Assembly: GCA_036406955.1 (NCBI GenBank)
Contig: DASXAF010000125.1
Location: 732-64,731 of the forward strand
Reading direction: 5' to 3'
Source of the DNA: Casimicrobiaceae bacterium
GTDB lineage: Bacteria; Pseudomonadota; Gammaproteobacteria; Burkholderiales; Casimicrobiaceae
Length of the DNA stretch: 64,000 nt
Below, piece after piece: positions 49,136 through 58,431 of this stretch. Under the pieces are notes generated by a model, which was not told where the DNA came from, did no database searches, and worked only from the letters and a program-made list of their open reading frames with translations. The position numbers and the translations under genes were made by a program. The number at the start of each line of letters is the position of its first letter. The first letter of the stretch is position 1.

Positions 49136-49142
49136 CTGCGCT

Positions 49143-49895
49143 ATGCGTACACTAGTTTCCATCAAACGCGTCATAGACTTCAACGTAAAGGTTCGGGTCA
49201 AGCCGGACGGCTCGGGAGTCGAGACGGCAAACGTCAAGATGTCGATGAATCCCTTCGACGAGATCGCCGTCGAGGAGGCGGTCCGGCTGAAGGAAAAGGG
49301 CATCGCGACCGAGATCGTCGTGGTGTCCTGCGGCCCCAGCGCGGCGCAGGAGACCCTCCGTACCGCCCTTGCGCTGGGTGCCGACCGGGCGATTCTGGTC
49401 GAAACCAGCGAGGAGCTCCAGCCCCTGGCCGTGGCCAAGCTCCTGCGCGCCGTGGTCGAAAAGGAGCAGCCGAGGCTCGTCATCCTGGGCAAGCAGGCGA
49501 TCGACGACGATTCGAACCAGACGGGCCAGATGCTCGCGGCGCTGCTCGACTGGCCGCAGGCGACGTTCGCGTCGAAGGTCGACGTCGCCGGCGACGTCGC
49601 AACGGTCAAGCGCGAGATCGACGGCGGCCTCGAGACGGTCGAGGTGCGCCTCCCCGCGATCGTCACGACCGACCTGCGCCTGAACGAGCCGCGCTACGCG
49701 ACCCTGCCGAACATCATGAAGGCCAAGAAGAAGCCGCTCGAGACATTGACGCCCGCTGCCCTGGGCGTCGACGCCGCGCCACGCCTGAAGACGCTCAAGG
49801 TGACCGAGCCGCCGCCGCGCAAGGGCGGCGGACGCGTCGCCGACGTGAAGGAGCTCGTCAGCAAGCTGCGCAACGAAGCGAAGGTCCTTCCCTAG
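49143..49895 (+). CDS. etfB: Electron transfer flavoprotein beta subunit
   Basis: ORF 48867..49895 trimmed to ATG 49143. The N-terminus [26 protein letters not shown] is the typical EtfB start. Also seen: [35 protein letters not shown]. Confidence 0.93.
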   Translation: MRTLVSIKRVIDFNVKVRVKPDGSGVETANVKMSMNPFDEIAVEEAVRLKEKGIATEIVVVSCGPSAAQETLRTALALGADRAILVETSEELQPLAVAKLLRAVVEKEQPRLVILGKQAIDDDSNQTGQMLAALLDWPQATFASKVDVAGDVATVKREIDGGLETVEVRLPAIVTTDLRLNEPRYATLPNIMKAKKKPLETLTPAALGVDAAPRLKTLKVTEPPPRKGGGRVADVKELVSKLRNEAKVLP

Positions 49896-49937
49896 TCACC
49901 GCCCGCGGTGACGCACACCGGCCACGTGCCCAATTCC

Positions 49938-50879
49938 ATGTCCGCTCTCGTTCTTGCCGAACACGATCAGCGCACGCTCAAGTCGGCGACGCTTCACGCG
50001 ATCACCGCTGCGCTGCGTCTCGGCGGCGATGTCGACGTCGTCGTCGCCGGTAGCGATGCGCGTGCTGCGGCGCAGGCCGCCGCGACCGTCCCGGGCGTGA
50101 CGCGCGTTCTGCTCGCCGAAGCGCCTCACCTTGCGCGACCCACTGCCGAGGCGCTTGCCGCGCTGCTGCTGGAAATCATCGGGCAACGGCAGTATGCGCA
50201 CGTCGTTGCGCCGGCGACGGGCTTCGGCAAGAACGTCATGCCGCGGGTCGCCGCGAAGCTCGACGTCGCGCAAATTTCCGACCTCACGGCGATCGACTCG
50301 CCCGATACGTTCGTTCGCCCGATCTACGCGGGCAATGCCTTCGCGACCGTGCAATCGAGCGACGCGATCAAGGTCCTGACGATCCGTACCACCGCATTCG
50401 ACGCCGTGCCGACCACGGGCGGGAATGCGTCCATCGAATCGTTTGCGCCGCCTGCGGACAGCGGCGCGTCGAAGGTGGTCGGACAGGAGCTCACGCAATC
50501 CGCGCGGCCGGAGCTCGGCAGCGCGCGCGTCGTCGTGTCGGGCGGGCGCGGGCTCGGCAGCAGCGAGAATTTCAAGCTGCTCGAGGCGCTCGCGGACAAG
50601 CTCAACGCGGCGATCGGCGCGTCGCGTGCCGCCGTCGACGCGGGCTACGTGCCCAACGACTACCAGGTCGGCCAGACCGGGAAGATCGTGGCGCCCGATC
50701 TGTACGTCGCCGTCGGCATCTCCGGCGCGATCCAGCATCTTGCGGGCATGAAGGACAGCAAGGTGATCGTGGCGATCAACAAGGACCCGGAGGCACCGAT
50801 CTTCCAGATCGCCGACTATGGTCTGGTCGGCGATCTTTTCGAGGTGATACCCGCGCTGACCGCAGAGCTGTCCGGCTGA
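49938..50879 (+). CDS. etfA: Electron transfer flavoprotein alpha subunit
   Basis: ORF 49908..50879 trimmed to ATG 49938 ([10 protein letters not shown]). C-terminal FAD-binding block: [31 protein letters not shown]. Confidence 0.93.
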   Translation: MSALVLAEHDQRTLKSATLHAITAALRLGGDVDVVVAGSDARAAAQAAATVPGVTRVLLAEAPHLARPTAEALAALLLEIIGQRQYAHVVAPATGFGKNVMPRVAAKLDVAQISDLTAIDSPDTFVRPIYAGNAFATVQSSDAIKVLTIRTTAFDAVPTTGGNASIESFAPPADSGASKVVGQELTQSARPELGSARVVVSGGRGLGSSENFKLLEALADKLNAAIGASRAAVDAGYVPNDYQVGQTGKIVAPDLYVAVGISGAIQHLAGMKDSKVIVAINKDPEAPIFQIADYGLVGDLFEVIPALTAELSG

Positions 50880-50901
50880 AGGCAGCGGACCGGGCCCCGC
50901 C

Positions 50902-52710
50902 ATGAGCACGTACCGCGCGCCGCTCGCCGACATGACATTCGTGCTGAACGAGCTCGCGGGGCTCGCGGAAGTGGCGAAGCTGCCGGGCTGGGAGGACGCG
51001 ACGCCCGACACCGTCGCGGCCATTCTCGAGGAAGCGGCGAAGTTCGCCACCGACGTGCTCGACCCGCTGAATCGCGCCGGCGATCTCGAAGGATCCCGGC
51101 GCAATCCGGACGGCTCGGTCAACACGCCAAAGGGCTTCAAGGAAGCCTATCACCGGTTCGTCGAGAACGGCTGGAACGGCCTCACCAAGCCGACGCAATA
51201 CGGCGGACAGGAATTGCCACAGCTCGTATCGACTCCCGTCGAGGAGATGTGGCACGCCGCGAACATGGCCTTCGACCTCTGTCCGTTGCTGACGCAAGGC
51301 GCGATCGAGGCGCTGGAGCTTTGCGGCACGCCCGAGCAGAAGCAGACGTACCTGCCACGGATGGTGCAAGGCACGTGGGCGGGGACGATGAACCTCACCG
51401 AGCCGCAGGCGGGCTCCGATCTCGCCGCGGTGCGCACGCGCGCCGTGCCGCAAGGCGACGGCAGCTACAAGCTCTACGGACAGAAGATCTTCATCACCTA
51501 CGGCGAGCACGATCTCACCGACAACATCATCCATCTCGTGCTCGCGCGCACGCCCGATGCGCCCGAAGGTGTGAAGGGCATCTCGCTGTTCCTGGTGCCG
51601 AAGTTCCTGGTGAATCCGGATGGCTCGCTCGGCGCGCGCAACGACGTCGCGTGCGTGTCGCTGGAGCACAAGCTCGGCATACATGCGAGCCCTACCGCCG
51701 TGCTGTCGTACGGCGATCACGGCGGCGCGGTCGGCTACCTCGTGGGCGAGGAGAATCGCGGCCTCAAGTACATGTTCATCATGATGAACCTCGCGCGCTT
51801 CTCGGTCGGCATGGAAGGCGTCGGCATCTCCGAGCGCGCGTATCAGCGTGCGGTGGCGTATGCGCGCGATCGTGTGCAGGGCAGGCCGGTCGGGGCGGAC
51901 CGCGATGCGCGCGGGCCGATCATCGAGCATCCCGACATCCGGCGCATGCTGATGACGATGCGCGCCTGCACCGAGGCGATGCGTGCGGTCGGTTATGTGA
52001 CCGCGTCCGCGATGGACCACGCGCGCCGCGAACCCGATGCGAAGCAGCGCGCGAAGCACCAGGCGTTCGTCGATCTCATGATTCCCATCGTCAAGGGCTG
52101 GTCGACGGAGACTGCGCAGGAAGTCGCGTATCTCGGCGTGCAGGTGCACGGCGGCATGGGCTTCATCGAGGAGACCGGCGCCGCGCAGTACTACCGCGAC
52201 GCGCGCATCATCACGATTTACGAAGGCACCACGGGGATTCAGGCCAACGATCTCATCGGCCGCAAGACCGCGCGCGACGGGGGAGCCACCGCGCGCGCGG
52301 TGGCTGCCGACATCGATCGCGTCGCGGCGCATTGCGCCTCGCATGCCGATGCGTCGCTGCGCGCGGTCGGCCTGCGGCTCGCCGCGGCAACGGCCGCCTT
52401 GCAGTCCGCGATCGATTGGATGGTCCCGGCGTACGGCACGCACGTTCGCGCCGCGCATGCGGTGGCCGTGCCGTATCTGAAGCTCTGGGGCCTCGTCGCC
52501 GGCGGGTGGCAAATGGCGCGCGCCGCCCTCGTCGCGATCAAGAAGCTGGACGACGGGGACGGCGACGGCGAATTCATGCGCGCGAAAATCGCCACTGCCG
52601 CCTACTACGCCGAGTGCCTGCTGCCCCAGGCGGAGGGCCTCGCCCGCACGATCACCGGCGGCAGCGACGCGGCGCTGGCCCTGCGTGCCGAGCAGTTCGA
52701 GCGCGCGTAG
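50902..52710 (+). CDS. Acyl-CoA dehydrogenase (long, ~600 aa type with C-terminal extension)
   Basis: 602-aa ORF. Motifs seen: NLTEPQAGSDL, YKLYGQKIFITYGEHD, GIHASPT, QVHGGMGFIEETGAAQYYRDARI. It lies directly downstream of etfBA. Confidence 0.9.
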   Translation: MSTYRAPLADMTFVLNELAGLAEVAKLPGWEDATPDTVAAILEEAAKFATDVLDPLNRAGDLEGSRRNPDGSVNTPKGFKEAYHRFVENGWNGLTKPTQYGGQELPQLVSTPVEEMWHAANMAFDLCPLLTQGAIEALELCGTPEQKQTYLPRMVQGTWAGTMNLTEPQAGSDLAAVRTRAVPQGDGSYKLYGQKIFITYGEHDLTDNIIHLVLARTPDAPEGVKGISLFLVPKFLVNPDGSLGARNDVACVSLEHKLGIHASPTAVLSYGDHGGAVGYLVGEENRGLKYMFIMMNLARFSVGMEGVGISERAYQRAVAYARDRVQGRPVGADRDARGPIIEHPDIRRMLMTMRACTEAMRAVGYVTASAMDHARREPDAKQRAKHQAFVDLMIPIVKGWSTETAQEVAYLGVQVHGGMGFIEETGAAQYYRDARIITIYEGTTGIQANDLIGRKTARDGGATARAVAADIDRVAAHCASHADASLRAVGLRLAAATAALQSAIDWMVPAYGTHVRAAHAVAVPYLKLWGLVAGGWQMARAALVAIKKLDDGDGDGEFMRAKIATAAYYAECLLPQAEGLARTITGGSDAALALRAEQFERA

Positions 52711-52737
52711 GCGATTGCAGCGCGCATCATCGGCATC

Positions 52738-52771
52738 CTTCCGACAGCCGTTTAGGGCCTCTTCCGACAGC
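52738..52771 (+). repeat. Two copies of an 11-bp direct repeat (cttccgacagc), start-to-start spacing 23 bp, upstream of the hydrolase gene
   Basis: Read directly from the sequence at 52738..52748 and 52761..52771, about 55 nt upstream of ATG 52825. Confidence 0.3.
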
Positions 52772-52824
52772 AGCGCGCCGCTGCGCGCGTCGATCATGGC
52801 CGCGTTATCGTGCCGCCCGGTTCC

Positions 52825-54537
52825 ATGCGCATTCGTGCCCTGATCGCATTCGCCGCGCTTCTGCTTCTCGCACCGGGCGCCGTCGCCGCCGCCGACCCCA
52901 AGGATTCGCTGGCCATCGTTGCGCCCGTCGGATCCGGGCCGTATCCCGTCGCTTGCAGCAACATGGCGCAGGATTTTTCGCGGCTCATGCCCGGCGACAC
53001 GCCGGACAACTACTGGGAAGGCGAGCCCGCGGGATCGCGCCCGCGCTACGTCACCTCGCTCCTCGCCGATCCGGCCAACACGTTCGTCTTCGACGTCAAC
53101 GTGCCCGGCGACCGCGAGCTGTTCGGGCCCGTCGCCGGTCAGTCGATTCCTTACGTCGTGCTGGTGTGCTATCCGACCACGGCCGCCAATCCGAATGCCG
53201 ACTATCCGTTGCCGAACGGAAAGGTCATTCCGCACATGCAGATCGGCGCGCAGGCGCCGCTGTTCGCGCAGACGCTGTCGGCATACCCCGTGCTGTTGTT
53301 CTCGCATGGCCTCAGCGGGAGCCCGCTGTCGAGCGACTACCTCGATGCGGTGACGGCGCTCGCGAGCTACGGCTATGTGGTGATCGCGCCGTTTCACGGC
53401 GATGCGCGCATCGCGCAGATCTCGGTCGACAACATTCCCGACGTGGCGTACGCCATCCTGCACTTCAGCGAGTACACCGCGATGCAGGCGGTGCGGCCGC
53501 TGTCGCTCTCCGCCGCGCTCGACGTCGTGAGCGCGAACCCGGGCTTCGGGGCGCACATGGACATGGATGCCGTCGGGGGATTCGGTGGCAGCCTCGGTGG
53601 CGAATCGCTTCTGTTGATGGCCGGTGCGCAGCTCACCACGTCGGTCGGCCTGTCGTCGAGGCCGGTGATGCACGACGGCCGGCTCAAGGCTGCCGTCGGT
53701 TACGTGCCGTATTTCGGACAGGTCATCTTTCCCGCGTTCGGGCGCGACCAGAGCGGCCTCGATCCGGTGACGCTGCCGTACCTGGCCATCTCGGGTACGG
53801 CCGATCCGATCGCGCCGCTGCTTGCGACGGCGCAGGGGATGCTGCGCCTGACGCATACGCGACAGCTGATCGCGCTGCAAGGCGTGCAGCACGGGTTCGA
53901 TCGCGCGTCGGCACCCGACATCTTCACCTGGTCGCTGACGTTCCTCGCCGCGTACGTGGAGAACGACGCGCTGATGCGCGTGCGCAGCGCGCGCATGACC
54001 GCAGTCGCCGGCGGCGGCACCGACCTGCTGCTGCTCGACTATGCCGAGCCTTCGCCGCCCGCCGACGACGATCAACGGATCGCGATCGAGTATTACAACC
54101 CCGCGCTCGACCACTACTTCATCACGGCCGATCCCGCGGAAGCGGCAATGCTCGACGCCGGGGTGATCGTCCCGGGCTGGATGCGCACGGGATTCGACTT
54201 CAAGGTGCACAAGGCGGATTCGCCGTTCGGCGCGCCCGCGTGCCGCTTCTCCGGTACCCCGGGGCTCGGGCCCAGCTCGCACTTCTTCACCATCGACCCC
54301 ACCGAATGCGCGCTGGTGAAGGCCGATCCTTTCTGGCACTACGAGGGCATCGCGTTCAAGACGGAGGTGCCGTTCGCGGACGATTGCGCGCCCGATCGCA
54401 TCCCCGTCATCCGCCTCTACAACGACGGGAAGGGCGGGCAGGCGAACCATCGCTACCTCACCAGCCACAGCGAGACCTACGAGATGCAGCAGCAGGGCTG
54501 GATACGCGAAGGCGCGGTGTTCTGTGCGCTGCCGTAA
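52825..54537 (+). CDS. Secreted alpha/beta hydrolase (PAF-acetylhydrolase/lipase-like) fused to three C-terminal repeats (DUF5648-like)
   Basis: ORF 52810..54537 with the start at ATG 52825. The signal peptide is MRIRALIAFAALLLLAPGAVAA. The hydrolase core has LLFSHGLSGSPL..YGYVVIAPFHGD and the nucleophile elbow GGSLGG. The C-terminus carries three repeats of the type [HY][FY]xT..E....GW..EG.xF (YYNPALDHYFITADPAEAAML..GWMRTGFDF; SHFFTIDPTECAL..FWHYEGIAFK; NHRYLTSHSETYEM..GWIREGAVF). Confidence 0.75.
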   Translation: MRIRALIAFAALLLLAPGAVAAADPKDSLAIVAPVGSGPYPVACSNMAQDFSRLMPGDTPDNYWEGEPAGSRPRYVTSLLADPANTFVFDVNVPGDRELFGPVAGQSIPYVVLVCYPTTAANPNADYPLPNGKVIPHMQIGAQAPLFAQTLSAYPVLLFSHGLSGSPLSSDYLDAVTALASYGYVVIAPFHGDARIAQISVDNIPDVAYAILHFSEYTAMQAVRPLSLSAALDVVSANPGFGAHMDMDAVGGFGGSLGGESLLLMAGAQLTTSVGLSSRPVMHDGRLKAAVGYVPYFGQVIFPAFGRDQSGLDPVTLPYLAISGTADPIAPLLATAQGMLRLTHTRQLIALQGVQHGFDRASAPDIFTWSLTFLAAYVENDALMRVRSARMTAVAGGGTDLLLLDYAEPSPPADDDQRIAIEYYNPALDHYFITADPAEAAMLDAGVIVPGWMRTGFDFKVHKADSPFGAPACRFSGTPGLGPSSHFFTIDPTECALVKADPFWHYEGIAFKTEVPFADDCAPDRIPVIRLYNDGKGGQANHRYLTSHSETYEMQQQGWIREGAVFCALP

Positions 54538-54557
54538 CGACGAGCGCGCTCGGCGGA

Positions 54558-54890
54558 CTAATGCACGCGCGAGCCGCCGAGCGTGCGCTCCACGATCATC
54601 AGCTCGCCTTCCAGCTGGCCGACCGCGAAGCGCGTCGCGTCCTCGTCCTGGCCCTCACCGAGGCGGCTCATCGCGTCCTTGAGCGCGCCGACGAGCATTC
54701 CGGCGTGCTGCAGGCGCTCGCGGGTCACCGGACCGTCGAGGCCGGCTTCCGCGAGAGCCTGCAATTCCTGGATGGTCGTGCGCAAGTTCACTTCGAGTTG
54801 CGCGATGCGGCGGAACAGCTCGACGCTGCCCGATCCCGGGGCCGGTGCACGCAGCGGCGGCCTTTCCTTGGGGCGGCGACCGCGCGGCAT
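54558..54890 (-). CDS. Hypothetical small coiled-coil protein
   Basis: ORF 54558..55013 trimmed to ATG 54890 so that it does not overlap the upstream gene. It is 110 aa with a helical heptad-like region (ELFRRIAQLEVNLRTTIQELQALAEAG). No family recognised. Confidence 0.45.
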   Translation of the reverse strand: MPRGRRPKERPPLRAPAPGSGSVELFRRIAQLEVNLRTTIQELQALAEAGLDGPVTRERLQHAGMLVGALKDAMSRLGEGQDEDATRFAVGQLEGELMIVERTLGGSRVH

Positions 54891-54973
54891 CAGGGCAGGG
54901 CTTTCATGGTACGTACGGACAGCGTGCTGCAGACCGGGCGACATGATAACCGCGCTCGCGTGCGCGCGGCAGA

Positions 54974-55639
54974 TCATTCGACATCGAGCGCTTCGACGTA
55001 CAGGATTTCGCACGCGCCATCGCCCGTGTCGTCGCGCCGCAGCGAGGTGTTCCAGGCGAAGCCGGCCGGTCCCCGGATATCGACGAGCCAGCCTTGCGCA
55101 TGCACGACCTGGCCGGGACGCAGGCGTACGAGGCGCGCCTCCGTCGGCGCGTCGGGCGGCACCATGTGCATCTGCGCGGCGTGCGTCTGCAGGACCGCTG
55201 CGGGAATCGGAAACGCGGCATCGCGCGCGTCCCAGTAGAAGAAGCGACCCATCTGGGAAAACCGGATGCGATCGAGCACGGCGCTATCCGACATTGGGCC
55301 CCAGCCCACGCCCAGGTCCACCGGCGCGAGCCCGGCGCCGCCGTCGAGACGGTAGATTTCCTTGCGAATCACGCGAGCCGTGATGTCGTAGTGGGCGCGG
55401 GCGTGCAACACGTAGCCCTTGTAGGCAAACGCACGCGGCTGCGCGAGGTCGTCCTGGCGCGGCTCGCCGGCGACGAGCACCCCCGGCGGGCGCGCCACGA
55501 CGCGCTCGCGCGTCCACCAGTTCCAGCCGCCGAGCACACCGGCGGCCAGCAGCAGGATGACGAGCCATGGCACCGCGCGCAAGCCTAGCCGGTCCAACCC
55601 AAGTCCGGCACGGCCAGCTGCCGGGCGGCGGCATGGCAC
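54974..55639 (-). CDS. Hypothetical membrane-anchored protein
   Basis: 221-aa ORF with one N-terminal helix (VPWLVILLLAAGVLGG), then a globular domain with good coding character (GVGWGPMSDSAVLDRIRFSQMGRFFYWD...DTGDGACEILYVEAL). The true start may be an internal TTG or GTG about 60-70 nt downstream. Confidence 0.55.
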   Translation of the reverse strand: MPCRRPAAGRAGLGLDRLGLRAVPWLVILLLAAGVLGGWNWWTRERVVARPPGVLVAGEPRQDDLAQPRAFAYKGYVLHARAHYDITARVIRKEIYRLDGGAGLAPVDLGVGWGPMSDSAVLDRIRFSQMGRFFYWDARDAAFPIPAAVLQTHAAQMHMVPPDAPTEARLVRLRPGQVVHAQGWLVDIRGPAGFAWNTSLRRDDTGDGACEILYVEALDVE

Positions 55640-55704
55640 CGCTGCGATAATCGATCATGGCTTCGACGCTCGCTCCGCAAAGTCTTGCATCGCATTCGGC
55701 CGCG

Positions 55705-56622
55705 ATGCCCGGTGAGGCAACCCTTCGCCTCGGGGTGGACCTCGGGGGTACCAAGATCGAGATCATCGCGCTGGATGCCGCGGGCCACGAGCGATTGCGC
55801 CGTCGCGTGCCGACGCCGAAGGAGGACTACGGGGCCATCCTGTCGGCGGTTGCCGGGTTGGTGAGCGCCGTCGAGCGCGAGCTCGCCGCCGTCGGCACGG
55901 TCGGCATCGGCACACCGGGGTCGATCTCGCGCGCGACGGGCCTTCTGCGCGGCTCCAACTCGGTGTGCCTGAACGGCCAGCCGATTCGTCACGATCTCGA
56001 GGCGGTGCTCGGTCGTCCCGTTCGCATCACCAACGACGCCAATTGCTTTGCGTTGTCGGAGGCGACCGACGGTGCCGGTGCCGGCGCCGACGTGGTCTTC
56101 GGCGCGATCCTGGGCACGGGAGTGGGCTCCGGCATCGTCGTGCACGGCCGCGTGCTCGATGGGCCCAACGCGATCGCGGGCGAGTGGGGCCACAACCCGC
56201 TGCCGTGGCCCCGCGACGACGAGCGTCCCGGCTACCGCTGCTTCTGCGGACAGCATGGATGCATCGAGACGTTCGTGGCGGGGCCCGGCCTTGCGCGCGA
56301 TCACGCGAGCGTGACCGGCCAATTGCTCGACGTGCCGACCATCGTCGCGCGCGCAGCCGCGGCTGATGCGCCCTGCAACGCGACGTTGGAGCGCTACGAG
56401 GAGCGCCTCGCGCGCGCGCTCGCGCACGTGATCAACATCGTCGATCCGGACGTCGTCGTGCTGGGAGGCGGCTTGTCCAACATCGAGCGCCTGTACGCCA
56501 ACGTTCCGCGGCTGTGGGAGCGCTGGGTGTTCTCCGACCGTGTGGACACGCGGCTCGAACGCAACGTGCACGGTGATTCGAGCGGTGTGAGAGGGGCGGC
56601 GTGGCTCTGGAATAGGGGTTAG
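55705..56622 (+). CDS. ROK-family sugar kinase (N-acetylglucosamine kinase-like)
   Basis: ORF 55657..56622 with ATG 55705 preferred (MPGEATLRLGVDLGGTKIE). The ROK zinc motif is CFCGQHGCIETF. Also seen: GAILGTGVGSGIV, GEWGH. Confidence 0.85.
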   Translation: MPGEATLRLGVDLGGTKIEIIALDAAGHERLRRRVPTPKEDYGAILSAVAGLVSAVERELAAVGTVGIGTPGSISRATGLLRGSNSVCLNGQPIRHDLEAVLGRPVRITNDANCFALSEATDGAGAGADVVFGAILGTGVGSGIVVHGRVLDGPNAIAGEWGHNPLPWPRDDERPGYRCFCGQHGCIETFVAGPGLARDHASVTGQLLDVPTIVARAAAADAPCNATLERYEERLARALAHVINIVDPDVVVLGGGLSNIERLYANVPRLWERWVFSDRVDTRLERNVHGDSSGVRGAAWLWNRG

Positions 56623-56628
56623 GGGTCC

Positions 56629-58284
56629 CTACATATTCACGTAATTCGGCCCGCCGCCACCCTCCGGCGGTACCCAGTGGATGTTCTGCCGCGGATCCTT
56701 GATGTCGCACGTCTTGCAGTGCACGCAGTTCGGTGCGTTGATCTGCAATCGCCTGCCGCCCGCGCCGTCGTCGACGAACTCGTACACCGCCGCCGGGCAA
56801 TAGCGCGACTCGGGCCCGGCGTAAGTGGCGAGGTTCACTGAAACGGGAATCGCAGGGTCGCGAAGCTGCAGGTGCACCGGCTGGTCCTCGTCGTGACTCG
56901 TGTTCGACAGGAAGACCGAAGAAAGCTTGTCGAACGTGAGCACGCCGTCGTACCTCGGATAGGCAATGGGCGTCGATTCGCTCGCGGGACGCAGCGTCGC
57001 GTGGTCCGGCGAGCGATGCCGCAGCGTCCACGGCACGAGCGCGCCCAGGCCGATGTCGTTGAGCCACATGTGCAACCCGCCATGCAGCGTGCCCGCCCAC
57101 ATGCCCCATTTCAATCCCGGCTTGACGTTGCGCACCTTGTACAGATCGTCGTGAACCCACGACTTGCGCCAGCCTTCGGCGTAGTCGTCGAGCTCGTCGC
57201 CGGCGCGGCCGGCCGCGAGGGCGGCTGCAACGCTTTCCGCGGCGAGCATGCCGGTCTTCATGGCGTTGTGGGTGCCCTTGATACGCGGCAGGTTCACGAA
57301 TCCCGCCGCGCAGCCGATCAATGCGCCGCCCGGGAACGCGAGCTGCGGCACCGACTGCAGCCCGCCCTCGTTGATGGCGCGCGCGCCGTAGCCGATGCGC
57401 TTGCCGCCCTCGAACGTCGCGCGGATGTCGGGATGCAGCTTGAAGCGCTGGAACTCGTCGTACGGCGACAAATACGGATTCGAATAGTCGAGATGCACGA
57501 CGAATCCCACCGACACCAATCGCTCGCCGAAGTGGTACACGAACGAGCCGCCGCCGGTGTGCGGATCGAGCGGCCAGCCCTGGCTGTGCATCACGAGGCC
57601 CGGTCGATGACGCTCGGCGGCGACCTGCCACAGCTCCTTGATCCCGATGCCGTACTTCTGGGGATCGACGCCGTCTCGCAGGTTGAAGCGCGCCATCAGC
57701 GCCTGCGACAGCGAGCCGCGTGCGCCCTCCGCGAACAGCGTGTACTTCGCGATGAGCTCCATGCCCGGCTGATAGCCGGGCTTGTGCGAGCCGTCCTTGG
57801 CGACACCCATGTCGCCGGTGGCCACGCCGCGCACTGCGCCGCGGTCGTCGTAGAGCACTTCGGTTGCCGGAAAGCCGGCATAGATCTCGACGCCCAGCGC
57901 TTCAGCCTGCTGTGCGATCCAGCGGCAGACGTTGCCGAGGCTCGCGATGTAGTTGCCCTGATTGCGCATCAGCGGCGGCAGCAGCGCTTCCGGTATCCGA
58001 TACGACTTGCGCTCGGTGAGGAACACGAAGCGATCGTCGGTGACCGCCGTGTCGAGCGGCGCGCCGCGCTCGCGCCAGTCGGGCAGCAGCTCGTCGAGCG
58101 CCTTCGGATCGATGACCGCACCTGAGAGGATGTGCGCGCCGATCTCCGATCCCTTCTCGAGCAGGCATACCGAGATGTCGCGTTGCGACGCCGAGGCAAG
58201 CTGCTTCAGCCGTATCGCGGCGCAGAGTCCCGAGGGACCGCCACCGACGATCACAACGTCGTACTCCATCGCTTCGCGCGTCAT
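56629..58284 (-). CDS. Electron transfer flavoprotein-ubiquinone oxidoreductase
   Basis: ORF 56629..58311 with ATG 58284 preferred ([20 protein letters not shown]). C-terminal 4Fe-4S region: CPAAVYEF...[13 protein letters not shown]. The C-terminus [13 protein letters not shown] is typical. Confidence 0.93.
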   Translation of the reverse strand: MTREAMEYDVVIVGGGPSGLCAAIRLKQLASASQRDISVCLLEKGSEIGAHILSGAVIDPKALDELLPDWRERGAPLDTAVTDDRFVFLTERKSYRIPEALLPPLMRNQGNYIASLGNVCRWIAQQAEALGVEIYAGFPATEVLYDDRGAVRGVATGDMGVAKDGSHKPGYQPGMELIAKYTLFAEGARGSLSQALMARFNLRDGVDPQKYGIGIKELWQVAAERHRPGLVMHSQGWPLDPHTGGGSFVYHFGERLVSVGFVVHLDYSNPYLSPYDEFQRFKLHPDIRATFEGGKRIGYGARAINEGGLQSVPQLAFPGGALIGCAAGFVNLPRIKGTHNAMKTGMLAAESVAAALAAGRAGDELDDYAEGWRKSWVHDDLYKVRNVKPGLKWGMWAGTLHGGLHMWLNDIGLGALVPWTLRHRSPDHATLRPASESTPIAYPRYDGVLTFDKLSSVFLSNTSHDEDQPVHLQLRDPAIPVSVNLATYAGPESRYCPAAVYEFVDDGAGGRRLQINAPNCVHCKTCDIKDPRQNIHWVPPEGGGGPNYVNM

Positions 58285-58431
58285 GGCGTGCTCCACACGG
58301 CGGGCGTTCATCGCATCGAAGCGATGCGATCGTCACCGGGGCGTCAATTATAATGACGAGCGCTTCGAGCGCCGCGCGCCGGTTCCGCGCCGGCTTGCGG
58401 CACGCTGCAGCGACCTCACACGGAGCACCTC

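Noticed and set aside
50776-55238. 1230-aa (-) ORF 50776..54468 and 1329-aa (+) ORF 51249..55238.
   Set aside because: They overlap the acyl-CoA dehydrogenase and the secreted hydrolase in other frames. Their low-complexity Arg-rich translations mark them as high-GC artefacts.
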